From NCBI GenBank assembly GCA_047150005.1, contig AP038806.1, positions 1,056,001 through 1,120,000 of the forward strand: a stretch of DNA of 64,000 nt, written 5' to 3'. This document shows, piece after piece, positions 38,286-48,059 of this stretch. A model generated the notes under the pieces. The model was not told the origin of the DNA, ran no database searches, and saw only the letters and a list, made by a program, of their open reading frames with translations. Each line of letters opens with the position of its first letter. Within the stretch, counting starts at the first letter, position 1. The position numbers and the translations under genes are program-made. The DNA comes from Nitrospira sp. (GTDB lineage: Bacteria; Nitrospirota; Nitrospiria; Nitrospirales; Nitrospiraceae).

Positions 38286-40565
38286 TTGCCGCAAGTCCCA
38301 CGCGAACAAGCGACGGTGTTGCCGGGTGCGGTGCCAGGGGTGCGTGTGGCCCCCGTGGCCACGCCGCAGGCCTTCGGCGCCGGCCTCGCCGGGGTCGGCG
38401 AGGATCTCGGCTTGGCCGTCTTCAGTAAGGCGACGCTGTCGGCCAATGACAGCGCCGTGACGGCGGCCGATCGGCGACTGTCGCAGTCGGAAACGGAACT
38501 GCATCTCCGCATGCTGGACCTCCGCGGCCGGGACGCCGCCGGCGCCGTCGATCTGCTCAACGACGAATGGCGGAAGGCCGTCGAGGGCATCGAGGAGCAG
38601 GAGATTCATAACGAGCAGCAACGGCAGGCGTTTCGGCGTGCCGCGTCGCAGCGCTATGGCGCGCTGAATAAGGCCGCCCAGACGCATGCGTTCCAAGAGA
38701 CGCGCCGCTGGCAGAACGAGGAAACCGAGGCCTATATCAAAACCTCGCAAGACAATGCGCGCCTGTATGCTCCGACGGATCTCGACAAGGTGGAGGCCGA
38801 AAAGGCCCGGCAGCGGAGCGCGTTTGTGCAGTGGGCCGAGCGGAACGGCCTCGGGCAGTGGGCGGACGAGGTCCCGGCCGGTCCGGGCGAGCCGACGCCG
38901 AACCCGCGGTCACATGACTGGATCGGGCTGCTGTCACCGGGCGAAGTGGCCGAGGGCCGGATCGCCGACGAGAACGCGGTGCGCGGGCCGGGCATGTTCG
39001 TCGAAGGGGGGCAGGCGGCGCAACGCACGTTCAAGGAGACGCCGGAAGCGAAGCAACGATGGGCGGAGATCCTCTCGCAGACGAATACCGAGGTCGTCAA
39101 GGGACTGCTGCAGAAAGGGTTAGATCAGGACGCGAAGGCCTATTACGAGGCGAACGAACGGGACTTTACGGCGACCGATCGGGACCACATCGTGCCGGCG
39201 ATCACGGAGGGGAGCACCCGGGGGCAGGCCTTGGGGATCTCGCGCTTCATCACTGCGGAGCAGATGACCCGCACGCAGGCGCTCAAGGCACTCGACGGGA
39301 TCACGGATCCGAAGCTGCACGCCGCGGCGCGGGACCTGGTGATGCAGCGGTTCGGCGATCAAGAGGTGGCCGACGAGAAGGGCGCCCACACGGAAGCCGA
39401 CCGCCGGGCGGAACAGATCATCGGCGCCCAGTTTGACCGCAAGACGGCGCTCGAGCACGTGACGGCGATCCCGAACGCCCGAGTCCGGAAGCTCGTCCGG
39501 GATCAGGTCGTCCAACAGTTCGGCGATACGGAGGTCGCGACCGAGGCCGACGCCAAGGCGGGCGCGGCCCGGCAGGCCAAGACCGTCGTCAGCGGCCAGA
39601 TGAGCCGGACCGACGCGCTCGCGTTTATTGATGGCCTGGAGGATCCGAAGCTCCAGAAGTTCACACGGGAGCTGGTCCTGCAACACTTCCAGGATCAAGA
39701 GGCGGCCGAGAAACGGGCGCATGAGCAACGATTCGACAGCGCGAAGCAGCTCGTCGATCAGGCGATCGGCGCCAGTCCGAGCCGGGAGGTCAACCCGCGG
39801 CTCGTGGTCGGGCCGGACGTCTGGGTCGGGCTCACGCCAGCCGAGCAAACCTCCCTGAATCACATCGCCCGGGAAGCCTTGCATCCGACCGATCGGCCGA
39901 ACAGTGACAACAAGTGGTTCGAGTTCCATTCGATCCTGACGCACGAGCAGGTCGCGAATCTGTCCCCGTCGGACTATCGGACCAAGTATCGCGATCACTT
40001 TTCCAACGAGTACCGGAGGGCCGCGGACACCTATTACAACCAGATCCGCAATGCCATGGCCAGAAAAGACGCGAGGGATCCTGAACTCTCGGCGACACAG
40101 ACCTTTAAGGATCAAGTGGAAGATGCATTTCGCACATCCGGCTTGCTCGGGAGCGTCAACGAACCCTTGGCGAAGTGGAGTGACGAGGAGCGCACACGCT
40201 ACGTCAAGTTCGAGCGCCAGGCGGCGGCTGCGATCGAACAAGAGGAGCTGGCCAAAGGCAAGAAGCTCACGCCGACAGAAAAGCAGGCAGTAATCACGAA
40301 CATCAAGGACGAGGCGATCAAGCAGGTCTGGATCAAGAAGGGCTTCTTTGGCTTCGAAACCCAGACGCCCAAGATCGATTTGGAAGAAAACCAAAAGGGG
40401 CAAGCGGTCGTGCCGCTCGACAAGATCCCGGACGGCGAGCTGACCGAATTGCGGCACTACATCACCTCGAAGGGCAAGACCGTCACGACGGACAAGCTCC
40501 GGCGCGCCTATGCGCAGCGCATCTTGCGCAACCGGCAGGCCTTCGAGGCGATCGTCAATGAGTGA
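38286..40565 (+). CDS. Phage internal-virion/DNA-ejection-like helical protein with three ~56-aa repeats
   Basis: N-terminal MPQVP...AFGAGLAGVG pattern; Ala/Gln-rich helical composition; repeats at ~168-bp spacing. Confidence 0.5.
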   Translation: MPQVPREQATVLPGAVPGVRVAPVATPQAFGAGLAGVGEDLGLAVFSKATLSANDSAVTAADRRLSQSETELHLRMLDLRGRDAAGAVDLLNDEWRKAVEGIEEQEIHNEQQRQAFRRAASQRYGALNKAAQTHAFQETRRWQNEETEAYIKTSQDNARLYAPTDLDKVEAEKARQRSAFVQWAERNGLGQWADEVPAGPGEPTPNPRSHDWIGLLSPGEVAEGRIADENAVRGPGMFVEGGQAAQRTFKETPEAKQRWAEILSQTNTEVVKGLLQKGLDQDAKAYYEANERDFTATDRDHIVPAITEGSTRGQALGISRFITAEQMTRTQALKALDGITDPKLHAAARDLVMQRFGDQEVADEKGAHTEADRRAEQIIGAQFDRKTALEHVTAIPNARVRKLVRDQVVQQFGDTEVATEADAKAGAARQAKTVVSGQMSRTDALAFIDGLEDPKLQKFTRELVLQHFQDQEAAEKRAHEQRFDSAKQLVDQAIGASPSREVNPRLVVGPDVWVGLTPAEQTSLNHIAREALHPTDRPNSDNKWFEFHSILTHEQVANLSPSDYRTKYRDHFSNEYRRAADTYYNQIRNAMARKDARDPELSATQTFKDQVEDAFRTSGLLGSVNEPLAKWSDEERTRYVKFERQAAAAIEQEELAKGKKLTPTEKQAVITNIKDEAIKQVWIKKGFFGFETQTPKIDLEENQKGQAVVPLDKIPDGELTELRHYITSKGKTVTTDKLRRAYAQRILRNRQAFEAIVNE

Positions 40566-40902
40566 CCTCGAGCGATTCCTTCTGCAGGAACCTGCGGCAG
40601 CGCCACCGATCCTGCTGCGCCTGATGGTGACGACTGGCCTTCCCTGGGAGTTTCTCGAAGGCCACGTGGATTATGTCGAGAGTCACGTGCAGAAGCCTGA
40701 TTTTGATCGGGTCGCGTTCCGGCGAACATCGCCGGTATTTGCCGCCTGGGTTGCGCAGCATCCGACCTACACCGCGGCCGTATCGGAGGCTCCCGTGCGG
40801 CGTCGCGTTGTTCGGCAGCGTGTCAGGTCTCTTGTCGACATGCTGAAGCGTATCTGCGCCCGGAGGAGAACTCTGGAGATGGAAGAGTCCCGAAGATCTT
40901 AA
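40558..40902 (+). CDS. Hypothetical protein (possibly truncated N-terminus of a phage protein)
   Basis: Start overlaps the upstream stop (ATGAGTGA). Confidence 0.45.
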   Translation: MSDLERFLLQEPAAAPPILLRLMVTTGLPWEFLEGHVDYVESHVQKPDFDRVAFRRTSPVFAAWVAQHPTYTAAVSEAPVRRRVVRQRVRSLVDMLKRICARRRTLEMEESRRS

Positions 40903-40910
40903 GAGAGGCA

Positions 40911-40955
40911 AAAACAAAACGCCGCGCCTGAGCTGGGAACTCGAGGCGCGGCTTT
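40911..40955. terminator. Hairpin, possible intrinsic terminator
   Basis: aaaacaaaac-gccgcgcct...aggcgcggc-ttt. Confidence 0.5.
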
Positions 40956-41049
40956 ATGGAGAAACATGCGTGATGACGATCCTACCTGAGACCAATCTTC
41001 AACTCAACATCGTCGAGACAGTCGAGATCCTTGATCGAGGGAGGGAGTA

Positions 41050-41895
41050 ATGGCTTCTCTCTATCGCAAGATTGACCCTCGCGTCTGGACTGACGAGAAG
41101 TTCCGTCGGCTGACCGGCGAGGAGCAGCGCATTGCCCTCTACATTTTGACCGCTCAATCGAACCGGATCGGCCTGTTCCGCTTCTCTCCCGCTAAGGCCA
41201 GCGAGGATCTTGGAACGTTACCCCTAACGTTCCACGAACGTTTCGAGAACGTCTGCCGAACCTTGAAATGGGAGTGGGATTCTGAGGCTCGTGTGCTCTA
41301 CCTCCCAACCTGGTGGCGATACAACCAACCACAGAATAGAAACAATGTCATTGGCAATCTGAAGGACCTCGACGATTTACCGGAAACCCCGCTGCTGGAG
41401 AGGTTTTACGCTAATACGACGTACCTCTCACCTGAGCTAATTGAAACGTTTACCCAAACGTTAGGGGAACGTTACCCCCAACGTTACCCCAAACGTTCGC
41501 CATCTCAGAAGCAGGAGCAAGAGCAGAAGCAGGAGCAAGAGCAGGAGCAAGAACAGGATGCGGTGAACCGCAGGTTTGACGAGGTCTGGAATCAATTCCC
41601 GAAAAGGAACGGGAAGCGATTAGGGAAACCCGAGGCACTCGCGAAATTTCGCCTGCTCCCGCCGGGGGATCAGGCTCTCGTGCGAGTCGCCGCAAAACAC
41701 TATGCGGATAGCGAACTGGTTCGGCAGGGCATCGGCATCAAAGATGCGCATCGGTGGTTACGCAATGGGAAGGGCAACGAGCCTTGGCGTGACTGGATCG
41801 AGCCAGAGGAACGCACAAACAAGGAGACCGCTCATGGACGCCACGTACCACGGACTGGGTTTGCCGAACGAGACTACCGGGATGGAGCCTTCTGA
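41050..41895 (+). CDS. Phage-type replication initiator (replisome organiser)
   Basis: YRKIDPRVWTDEKF N-terminus, QEQEQ linker, C-terminal FDEVWNQFPKR domain; followed by a DnaC-like gene. Confidence 0.75.
   Translation: MASLYRKIDPRVWTDEKFRRLTGEEQRIALYILTAQSNRIGLFRFSPAKASEDLGTLPLTFHERFENVCRTLKWEWDSEARVLYLPTWWRYNQPQNRNNVIGNLKDLDDLPETPLLERFYANTTYLSPELIETFTQTLGERYPQRYPKRSPSQKQEQEQKQEQEQEQEQDAVNRRFDEVWNQFPKRNGKRLGKPEALAKFRLLPPGDQALVRVAAKHYADSELVRQGIGIKDAHRWLRNGKGNEPWRDWIEPEERTNKETAHGRHVPRTGFAERDYRDGAF
41214..41497. repeat. Iteron-like AACGTT arrays (putative replication origin)
   Basis: AACGTT at 41214, 41226, 41237 (AACGTC at 41248) and at 41445, 41457, 41468, 41480, 41492; 11-12 bp period. 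Confidence 0.75.
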
Positions 41896-42622
41896 ACCAG
41901 CTGCGATCTGTGCACGCCATGGGATACCCGTTGAACGACATATCATCTCAGTCTCGGGGATGACATGGTCCTTCGATTCCGGATGTCGCAGCTGTGAGGA
42001 AGACGCAGCAGAGCATGAGCGTCGAGCAGAACAGCGGCGTGTTGAAGCCGCCCAGAAAGAGGCCGGAATCCCGGATCGGTTTCGAATGGCTACTCTGTCG
42101 AAATTTCCAGTGGCAGCGCCAGGACAAGCCGACGTACTAGATGCTGCAGCGGCATTTGTCACAACTGGGGGACTGAGTAGCACAGGGTTGATCCTGGTTG
42201 GAAGCACAGGATCCGGCAAGACACACGTCGCCTGCGCGATCCTCAACGCGTTTCTCAGGCAAAAGCTGTCGGGACGATACTGTGCCAGCATCCAAGAGCT
42301 CCTTCGTCCCATCAAGGAAACGTGGCGGCCGAAGAGCGAGACGTCTGAACGCCAGGCGCTGGGCGCCCTATACATGCCCTCACTCCTCATCGTCGATGAG
42401 GTCGGACTGCACGACTTGGACAATCGAGACTGCGCATTCATGACCGAAATTGTGAATGGTCGGTACGGCCGGAAGGTCCCGACGATCTTGGTCAGCAACC
42501 TCACCTTGCGTGAACTGGAGCCCCTTCTCGGTGATCGTATCATTGACCGGTTCCGGGAAGGAGGCAAGACGTTAGTGTTTGGCTGGCCCTCCTTGCGGCC
42601 GAGGCTTCAGGGTCGGACATGA
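41834..42622 (+). CDS. DnaC/IstB-like AAA+ helicase loader
   Basis: C..HG...C..C, GIPDRF, GSTGSGKT, LLIVDEVG, SNL, DRIIDR; AAGGAG RBS. Confidence 0.88.
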   Translation: MDATYHGLGLPNETTGMEPSEPAAICARHGIPVERHIISVSGMTWSFDSGCRSCEEDAAEHERRAEQRRVEAAQKEAGIPDRFRMATLSKFPVAAPGQADVLDAAAAFVTTGGLSSTGLILVGSTGSGKTHVACAILNAFLRQKLSGRYCASIQELLRPIKETWRPKSETSERQALGALYMPSLLIVDEVGLHDLDNRDCAFMTEIVNGRYGRKVPTILVSNLTLRELEPLLGDRIIDRFREGGKTLVFGWPSLRPRLQGRT

Positions 42623-42909
42623 GACTCATGACATTGGGCGAAGCCGCCGCCTTTCTTCGGCTGTCTCGCTCATCTCTCTACCAGCGGAAGGACATTCCCC
42701 GGTATCGGCGGCCAGGATCCCGGGTCATCTTGTTCGACCAGGACGAGCTCGAGGCGTGGCTTCAGCAGGGACGCATCGACGCCAGTACCGGAAGAGGCGA
42801 GAGCCCCTCATCAGGTCAAGACGAGCACCACGAGGTGCCAAAGGCCTGCATCAGTCCCGTGGATATTTCTCCGTCGCGTGTTTATCATCGGAGCGCCCGC
42901 TACCGGTAA
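42619..42909 (+). CDS. Excisionase-like HTH protein
   Basis: MTLGEAAAFLRLSRSSLY...ILFDQDELEAW; directly upstream of the integrase. Confidence 0.8.
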   Translation: MRLMTLGEAAAFLRLSRSSLYQRKDIPRYRRPGSRVILFDQDELEAWLQQGRIDASTGRGESPSSGQDEHHEVPKACISPVDISPSRVYHRSARYR

Positions 42910-42912
42910 CAC

Positions 42913-44277
42913 ATGAAGTATTCCATCACCACGCGGCCGACGAACAAGGGACTGGCGTTCGATCTATACGTCCGCTGGAAAGGCCAGCGCTACCGACCGT
43001 TGCTCGGGTACAACCTGACGAAGGAGCAAGCCGACGAAGCGGCGATCGCGATGATCGCCCGCATTCAACGAGAGGCGACCGCGCCGCCGGCGACAAGATC
43101 GACAGCTCCCACCCTGAAAGAGTTTCTCCCCCTGTACTGGCAGACCATGCGGGTCAAGAAACGGGTCGATCTCCGTCGGCCAGCCTCCGTGATTGAGACG
43201 CACCTGGTGCCTCGCTTTGGCGATCGGGCGCTCGACACCCTCACGGCCGAAGATGGACTCGATTACATTACGGCCCGGCTGGAGGCGAAGGCGGCGCCGT
43301 GGACCATCCGTCGCGAGTGGACCGTGCTGATGCGGATCCTGAACCTGGCCGTCGACTTTGAGAAGCTGGACAAGAACCGGCTCCGCCGCGTGCAGCTCCC
43401 CGACGTGGCAAACCGCGAGCGCGTGGCTTCCGACGAGGAACTGACTCGGATCGCGCAGGTCCTTCACAGCACCAGACAGGAAATCCGCTTGCGTGAGCAG
43501 ATGCAGCAGCTCTTGTCTGACCCGACCCTCTCGGCGTCTCGCCAACGAACGATCACCCACTACCACCGCTCCGCGATCGAGCTCGACCGTGCGGCTCGGG
43601 CAACCATGCTTCGCGTGCTCCTCGTCGCCCTGCATACCGGCCTCCGGGAGGCAAAGATTCTAGAGATCAGCCGGTCATGGCTGCTCGAACGCGAAGATGG
43701 CTGGTGGTTGGTCCTGCCGCCGGCACGGAGCCGCTTGAAGGGCACCCCGAAGGAGCTTCCCCTCAACACGGCGGCTGCGCAGGCCCTGCTCGATGCCCGG
43801 CGGCACAAGCAGGCCGACATTGCCGGCCGGCTCTTCAGTCGGTGGGAATCGGCCGCCACGATGGGCACGTACTTCCGGCGTCTCTGCCAGCACGCAGCGA
43901 TCACCGATCTCCACTTCCACGACCTGCGCCACGTGTTCACGACGAGACTACAGAATCTCGGGGTCGGGCTCGAGGTCCGCGCTGCCCTGCTAGGGCACCG
44001 CCTTCGCTCGCAGCAGGGCGATCTCCTCGGCGGCCAGGTCATCACGAGCGCCTACTCACACGGCGGCGTGGGCTGGAATGCGGAGCTACGACGTGCCGTC
44101 AGTTTGTTGGAGCATGCCTATCCAGCGGAATTGTCCGATGGAATGTCCTATGGCACATTCCGCGAGATCGTGGCGCAGGCGGTCAATGCGCCGAACATCT
44201 TGAATCCAAGCGAGAAAAAGTGGTGGTCCCAACGGGATTCGAACCCGTGTCTGAGCCTTGAGAGGGCTCCGTCCTAG
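42913..44277 (+). CDS. Tyrosine integrase whose 3' end overlaps tRNA-Glu antisense
   Basis: HTGLR, HDLRH, LLGH and SAYSH catalytic motifs. Confidence 0.92.
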   Translation: MKYSITTRPTNKGLAFDLYVRWKGQRYRPLLGYNLTKEQADEAAIAMIARIQREATAPPATRSTAPTLKEFLPLYWQTMRVKKRVDLRRPASVIETHLVPRFGDRALDTLTAEDGLDYITARLEAKAAPWTIRREWTVLMRILNLAVDFEKLDKNRLRRVQLPDVANRERVASDEELTRIAQVLHSTRQEIRLREQMQQLLSDPTLSASRQRTITHYHRSAIELDRAARATMLRVLLVALHTGLREAKILEISRSWLLEREDGWWLVLPPARSRLKGTPKELPLNTAAAQALLDARRHKQADIAGRLFSRWESAATMGTYFRRLCQHAAITDLHFHDLRHVFTTRLQNLGVGLEVRAALLGHRLRSQQGDLLGGQVITSAYSHGGVGWNAELRRAVSLLEHAYPAELSDGMSYGTFREIVAQAVNAPNILNPSEKKWWSQRDSNPCLSLERAPS

Positions 44278-44298
44278 GCCAGGCTAGACGATGGGACC
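44221..44298 (-). tRNA. tRNA-Glu(CTC)
   Basis: GGTCCCATCGTCTAGCCTGGCCTAGGACG-GAGCC-CTCTCAA-GGCTC-AGACACGGGTTCGAATCCCGTTGGGACCACCA. Confidence 0.97.
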
Positions 44299-44703
44299 CA
44301 TGCAATCAATTACGGCAAGAAAGCTCAGCAGAGGGGCGACTGTATCATAGGGTCTGAGCGGGGTTCAATGCACGCATACTGGTTCCATACTCCCGCGACG
44401 TTGTCCTCAATGCGGCAAGGACGAGGCACCGGACACACGACCTGTGAAGGAAGGGGAAACCCACTGCAGAGCATGTATCCCGGTGATTCGCTGCATAAGT
44501 CGAACGGCACGAGCAAGGGCCTCAAGCAGCAGATGGAAGACTCAACTTGGCGAAAGCCCGGCTAGACGATGGGACCAGCAACGGGGCGTCCGGATAGGCC
44601 GCTCGATGCGACATCTTGACAGCCACGCGGACATGGCCTAGCGTGTGGTATTCACATCCCTTTTCGACTATCGGACTGATTCGCTCGCCGACAAATTTCC
44701 CGC

Positions 44704-45240
44704 ATGAAGGACTGGGTCGACACAGATCCGATGAAACTGGATGGTTCACCAGGGACCATCGAAGAAGCAAGACCGGAACAAGGCCTTGAGTTACACGTCG
44801 GCTCGAACGTGTTTCGCAGGACCAACGGTGTGGTAAAAGTTCAAGGCAAAGAACATTTGGTCCTTGAAGTCCGCCCCGATCCTCCCGCCCTCTTCCTGAC
44901 CATGGACATCTACGATGAACAAGGACGGCGTATCGGGCATCTTCGCCGAAATTCCGTGTCTGCGTCTTTGGCGGCCAGGTTCGCGGTGTCCTCCAGCGCG
45001 GCGCCGGATCTGACAATCAATGATGCGCTGAACGTGATGGTCGTGGATCGGGAGACAGGGCGGACGCTCATCGAAGCGTATCTATTCCAAAATCGGAAGA
45101 TCCGCATCGCCTCCGGCCAGTTCTATTCACACAAGGGAGAGTTCGTTTCCATCAGCCCGCACTACTGTCGGGTCGGCACGGGATTCGCGCGCTTCGGCGA
45201 CGTCATCGAGAGTCGAGGCGGCACGGCCACCATCGATTGA
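44704..45240 (+). CDS. Hypothetical protein (start uncertain)
   Basis: Beta-rich ORF; no motif recognised. Confidence 0.55.
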   Translation: MKDWVDTDPMKLDGSPGTIEEARPEQGLELHVGSNVFRRTNGVVKVQGKEHLVLEVRPDPPALFLTMDIYDEQGRRIGHLRRNSVSASLAARFAVSSSAAPDLTINDALNVMVVDRETGRTLIEAYLFQNRKIRIASGQFYSHKGEFVSISPHYCRVGTGFARFGDVIESRGGTATID

Positions 45241-45305
45241 CGCTCCGTTGCGCTCTCATCCTCACATTCGCCCTGAGCCGTCGCCTGTGAAGAACATCAT
45301 CCCTT

Positions 45306-45333
45306 TTGACAAGCAGGAGAAGTCTCGTACAAT
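45306..45333 (+). promoter_or_regulatory. Sigma70 promoter, probably giving a leaderless mRNA
   Basis: TTGACA-N16-TACAAT; ATG at 45341. Confidence 0.65.
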
Positions 45334-45340
45334 GGTGCCG

Positions 45341-45754
45341 ATGACCGACATCGTCAAACCCAGCGTCCAGGCCTTTCTCGTGTGCGATCAGGTGATCGAG
45401 GACAGCGTCACCAAGAAAAAGAGCCTGATCGGCCTGTTCACGCATCTCCAGGCTGCGGCCTTTCCCTTCCAACATCAACAGATGGGCCTGTACTTCTGCC
45501 TGACCGACGCCGAAGGGACCTACCAGTTCGACATCGATTTGGTCTATCTGAACGCGGAACAATTGGTGTGTCGCGCCACGCTGCCGAACATCATCATCGG
45601 GGATCGCCTGCAGATCTCCGATTTCGGCATCAATATCCCTTCGTTGATCTTTCCGGCTCCGGGACGATATGAGTTCCGTCTGCGCATGGAAGGGCATCTC
45701 ATCGCGCAGAAAGACTTCAACGTGATGCAGCTCCAGCCTCATCCGGCCTCCTGA
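45341..45754 (+). CDS. Conserved hypothetical beta-sandwich protein
   Basis: AFLVCDQVIED..TKKKSLIGLF...FPAPGRYEF. Confidence 0.7.
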   Translation: MTDIVKPSVQAFLVCDQVIEDSVTKKKSLIGLFTHLQAAAFPFQHQQMGLYFCLTDAEGTYQFDIDLVYLNAEQLVCRATLPNIIIGDRLQISDFGINIPSLIFPAPGRYEFRLRMEGHLIAQKDFNVMQLQPHPAS

Positions 45755-45772
45755 CATCGATCCGAAGTAACC

Positions 45773-45829
45773 GTGAAGCGTATCTCGTGAAGCGTTGTTC
45801 GCTCGCGAGATACGAACGAGGAGATACGT
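45773..45829. repeat. REP-like palindrome (GTGAAGCGTATCTCG...GAGATACG), copy 1
   Basis: Related to 60598-60669. Confidence 0.6.
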
Positions 45830-45905
45830 TCTGCGCCAGCCCTTCTCCCGCTTCCGCCTGTTGTGGTAAAACAGCTGATCTTTGAGGTTTTCGGAGATAG
45901 ATCGA

Positions 45906-47591
45906 ATGGCCGAATCGAACGGCGCATCCAATTTCATCCGCGACATCGTGCTGGCCGACCGGGCGGCCGGCAAGCACGGCGGTCGCGTCGTCACACGCTT
46001 TCCGCCGGAGCCGAACGGCCATCTCCACATCGGCCATGCCAAGTCGATCTGTCTGAATTTTGGGCTGGCTCAAGAAGATCCAGAGGGGGTCTGCCATCTC
46101 CGGTTCGACGACACCAATCCCACGACCGAGGATCTCGCCTACGTCCAGTCGATCGAGGACGACGTGCGATGGCTGGGATTCGATTGGCAGGGCAAGATGT
46201 TCTTTGCGTCCGATTACTTCGAGCAGCTCTATCGCTTCGGCGAGCGATTGATCACGAAGGGCCTGGCCTATGTCGACAGCCTGACCGCCGACGAGATGCG
46301 GAGCTATCGGGGGACCCTGACGGAACCGGGAAAGAACAGCCCCTATCGTGACCGGTCCGTGGAGGAAAATCTGACCCTCTTTCGGCGGATGAGGACGGGA
46401 GAATTTCCCGACGGGACGCACGTGCTCCGGGCGAAGATCGACATGGCGTCTCCCAATATGAATCTCCGCGATCCGGTGCTCTACCGCATCAGGCATGCAG
46501 CCCATTATCGGACCGGTTCGACCTGGTGCCTGTATCCGTCCTACGACTATGCCCATCCGCTGTCCGATGCCATCGAGGGCATTACCCACTCGATCTGTAC
46601 CCTGGAGTTCGAAGATCACCGCCCGCTCTACGACTGGGTCGTGGCGGAAGCCGAGACTCGGCATCGCCCGCAGCAGATCGAGTTCGCACGGCTGAACATC
46701 GAGCAGGCGGTCATGAGCAAGCGCAAGCTGCTTGAACTGGTCGAACGCAAGCTGGTCGCCGGCTGGGACGATCCCCGGCTCCCGACCATCAAAGGCCTGC
46801 GCCGGCGCGGCTACACACCGGAAGCCATCCGCGCATTTTGCGATCACATCGGTGTGGCCAAACGCGATGCCCTGGTGGAAATGCAGCTACTCGAGTATTT
46901 CATCCGCGAGGACCTGAACAAACGTTCCCAACGGGTCATGGCGGTGCTGAAGCCGCTGAAAATTGTGATTGAGAACTATCCGGCCGACAAGACGGAAGGG
47001 CTGGACGCCATCAACAATCCGGAGGACCTCTCCGCAGGCACCAGAAAGGTTCCATTCTCCAGGACGCTCTATATTGAACAAGACGACTTCCTCGAAGATC
47101 CTCCAAAAGAATTCTTCCGTCTCGCCCCGGGACGGGAAGTCCGGCTCCGATACGCGTACATCATCAAGTGCCTCCGCGTCATCAAAGACCCGGTCAGCGA
47201 CCAGGTCACCGAACTGCACTGCACCTACGATCCCGAAACCAGGAGCGGCGCAGCACAGGCCAAGCGAAAGGTGAAAGCGACGATCCACTGGGTCTCGGCT
47301 GCGCACGCCGTCAAAGCGGAAGTCCGCCTCTACAACCCGTTACTCACGACGGATCTGGCCAAGGTTCCTCCCGATCATGACTGGACCGTCTATCTCAATC
47401 CACAGTCCCTGGAAGTTCTGACCGGCTGCCTGGTCGAACCGAGCCTCAATCAGGTCGTGCACGGCGCCAAGTTCCAGTTCGAGCGGTTGGGCTATTTCTG
47501 CGCGGATCCGGACTCCATGCCCGGGAAACCAGTCTTCAATCGGACGGTCTCGCTGAAGGATGCCTGGGCCAAAGCGGCCAGGGGCCGCTGA
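45906..47591 (+). CDS. glnS: Glutamine--tRNA ligase
   Basis: [53 protein letters not shown]. Confidence 0.96.
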   Translation: MAESNGASNFIRDIVLADRAAGKHGGRVVTRFPPEPNGHLHIGHAKSICLNFGLAQEDPEGVCHLRFDDTNPTTEDLAYVQSIEDDVRWLGFDWQGKMFFASDYFEQLYRFGERLITKGLAYVDSLTADEMRSYRGTLTEPGKNSPYRDRSVEENLTLFRRMRTGEFPDGTHVLRAKIDMASPNMNLRDPVLYRIRHAAHYRTGSTWCLYPSYDYAHPLSDAIEGITHSICTLEFEDHRPLYDWVVAEAETRHRPQQIEFARLNIEQAVMSKRKLLELVERKLVAGWDDPRLPTIKGLRRRGYTPEAIRAFCDHIGVAKRDALVEMQLLEYFIREDLNKRSQRVMAVLKPLKIVIENYPADKTEGLDAINNPEDLSAGTRKVPFSRTLYIEQDDFLEDPPKEFFRLAPGREVRLRYAYIIKCLRVIKDPVSDQVTELHCTYDPETRSGAAQAKRKVKATIHWVSAAHAVKAEVRLYNPLLTTDLAKVPPDHDWTVYLNPQSLEVLTGCLVEPSLNQVVHGAKFQFERLGYFCADPDSMPGKPVFNRTVSLKDAWAKAARGR

Positions 47592-47675
47592 AACTCCCTG
47601 ATTGCTTTACCGCACAAGCGGGTTTGCTACACTCAAGGCAGCAGCGGTGTCGTTTCAGACGAAGGAGACTACCGA

Positions 47676-48011
47676 ATGATTGAATGCCGCATGCATCCTC
47701 GTGTCCCCGTCGATATGCAAGTCTACTTCTCCACGACCGGCAACAGGCTGATTCGGGAGGGGACGATGTTCGATCTGTCCGCGGGCGGCTGCGCGGTCGC
47801 CAGCACCACCTCCGTCCGGTCGGGATCGGCGGTACGGATTCTGATTCGCGCCACGGATTTGGGATCGCCCATCACGATCGAGTCGGCCGCGGTCCGCTGG
47901 AGCGAGCACGGAGAATTCGGGGTCGAATTCATCGGCCTGTCGGAAATCGATCAACACCGCCTGCACCGGTTGCTTCAAGCCACCACCGTGAGTCAGATCC
48001 GGCCGAGCTGA
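47676..48011 (+). CDS. PilZ domain protein
   Basis: RMHPR (RxxxR) and DLSAGG (DxSxxG). Confidence 0.85.
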   Translation: MIECRMHPRVPVDMQVYFSTTGNRLIREGTMFDLSAGGCAVASTTSVRSGSAVRILIRATDLGSPITIESAAVRWSEHGEFGVEFIGLSEIDQHRLHRLLQATTVSQIRPS

Positions 48012-48059
48012 TCCCTTGGGCAGGCTCTGTCGATCGTGACGATGCTTATTCCTTGTTAG

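Larger units (their letters stand above)
28520..44265. mobile_element. ~15.7 kb integrative element (phage-satellite-like) at tRNA-Glu(CTC)
   Basis: Flanking att repeats; int, xis-like, rep and DnaC-like genes; no capsid, portal or terminase gene recognised. Confidence 0.9.

Noticed and set aside
41505..41558. CAGGAG/CAAGAG tandem repeat as a contingency locus
   Set aside because: It encodes the QE linker typical of phage replication initiators; in-frame and degenerate
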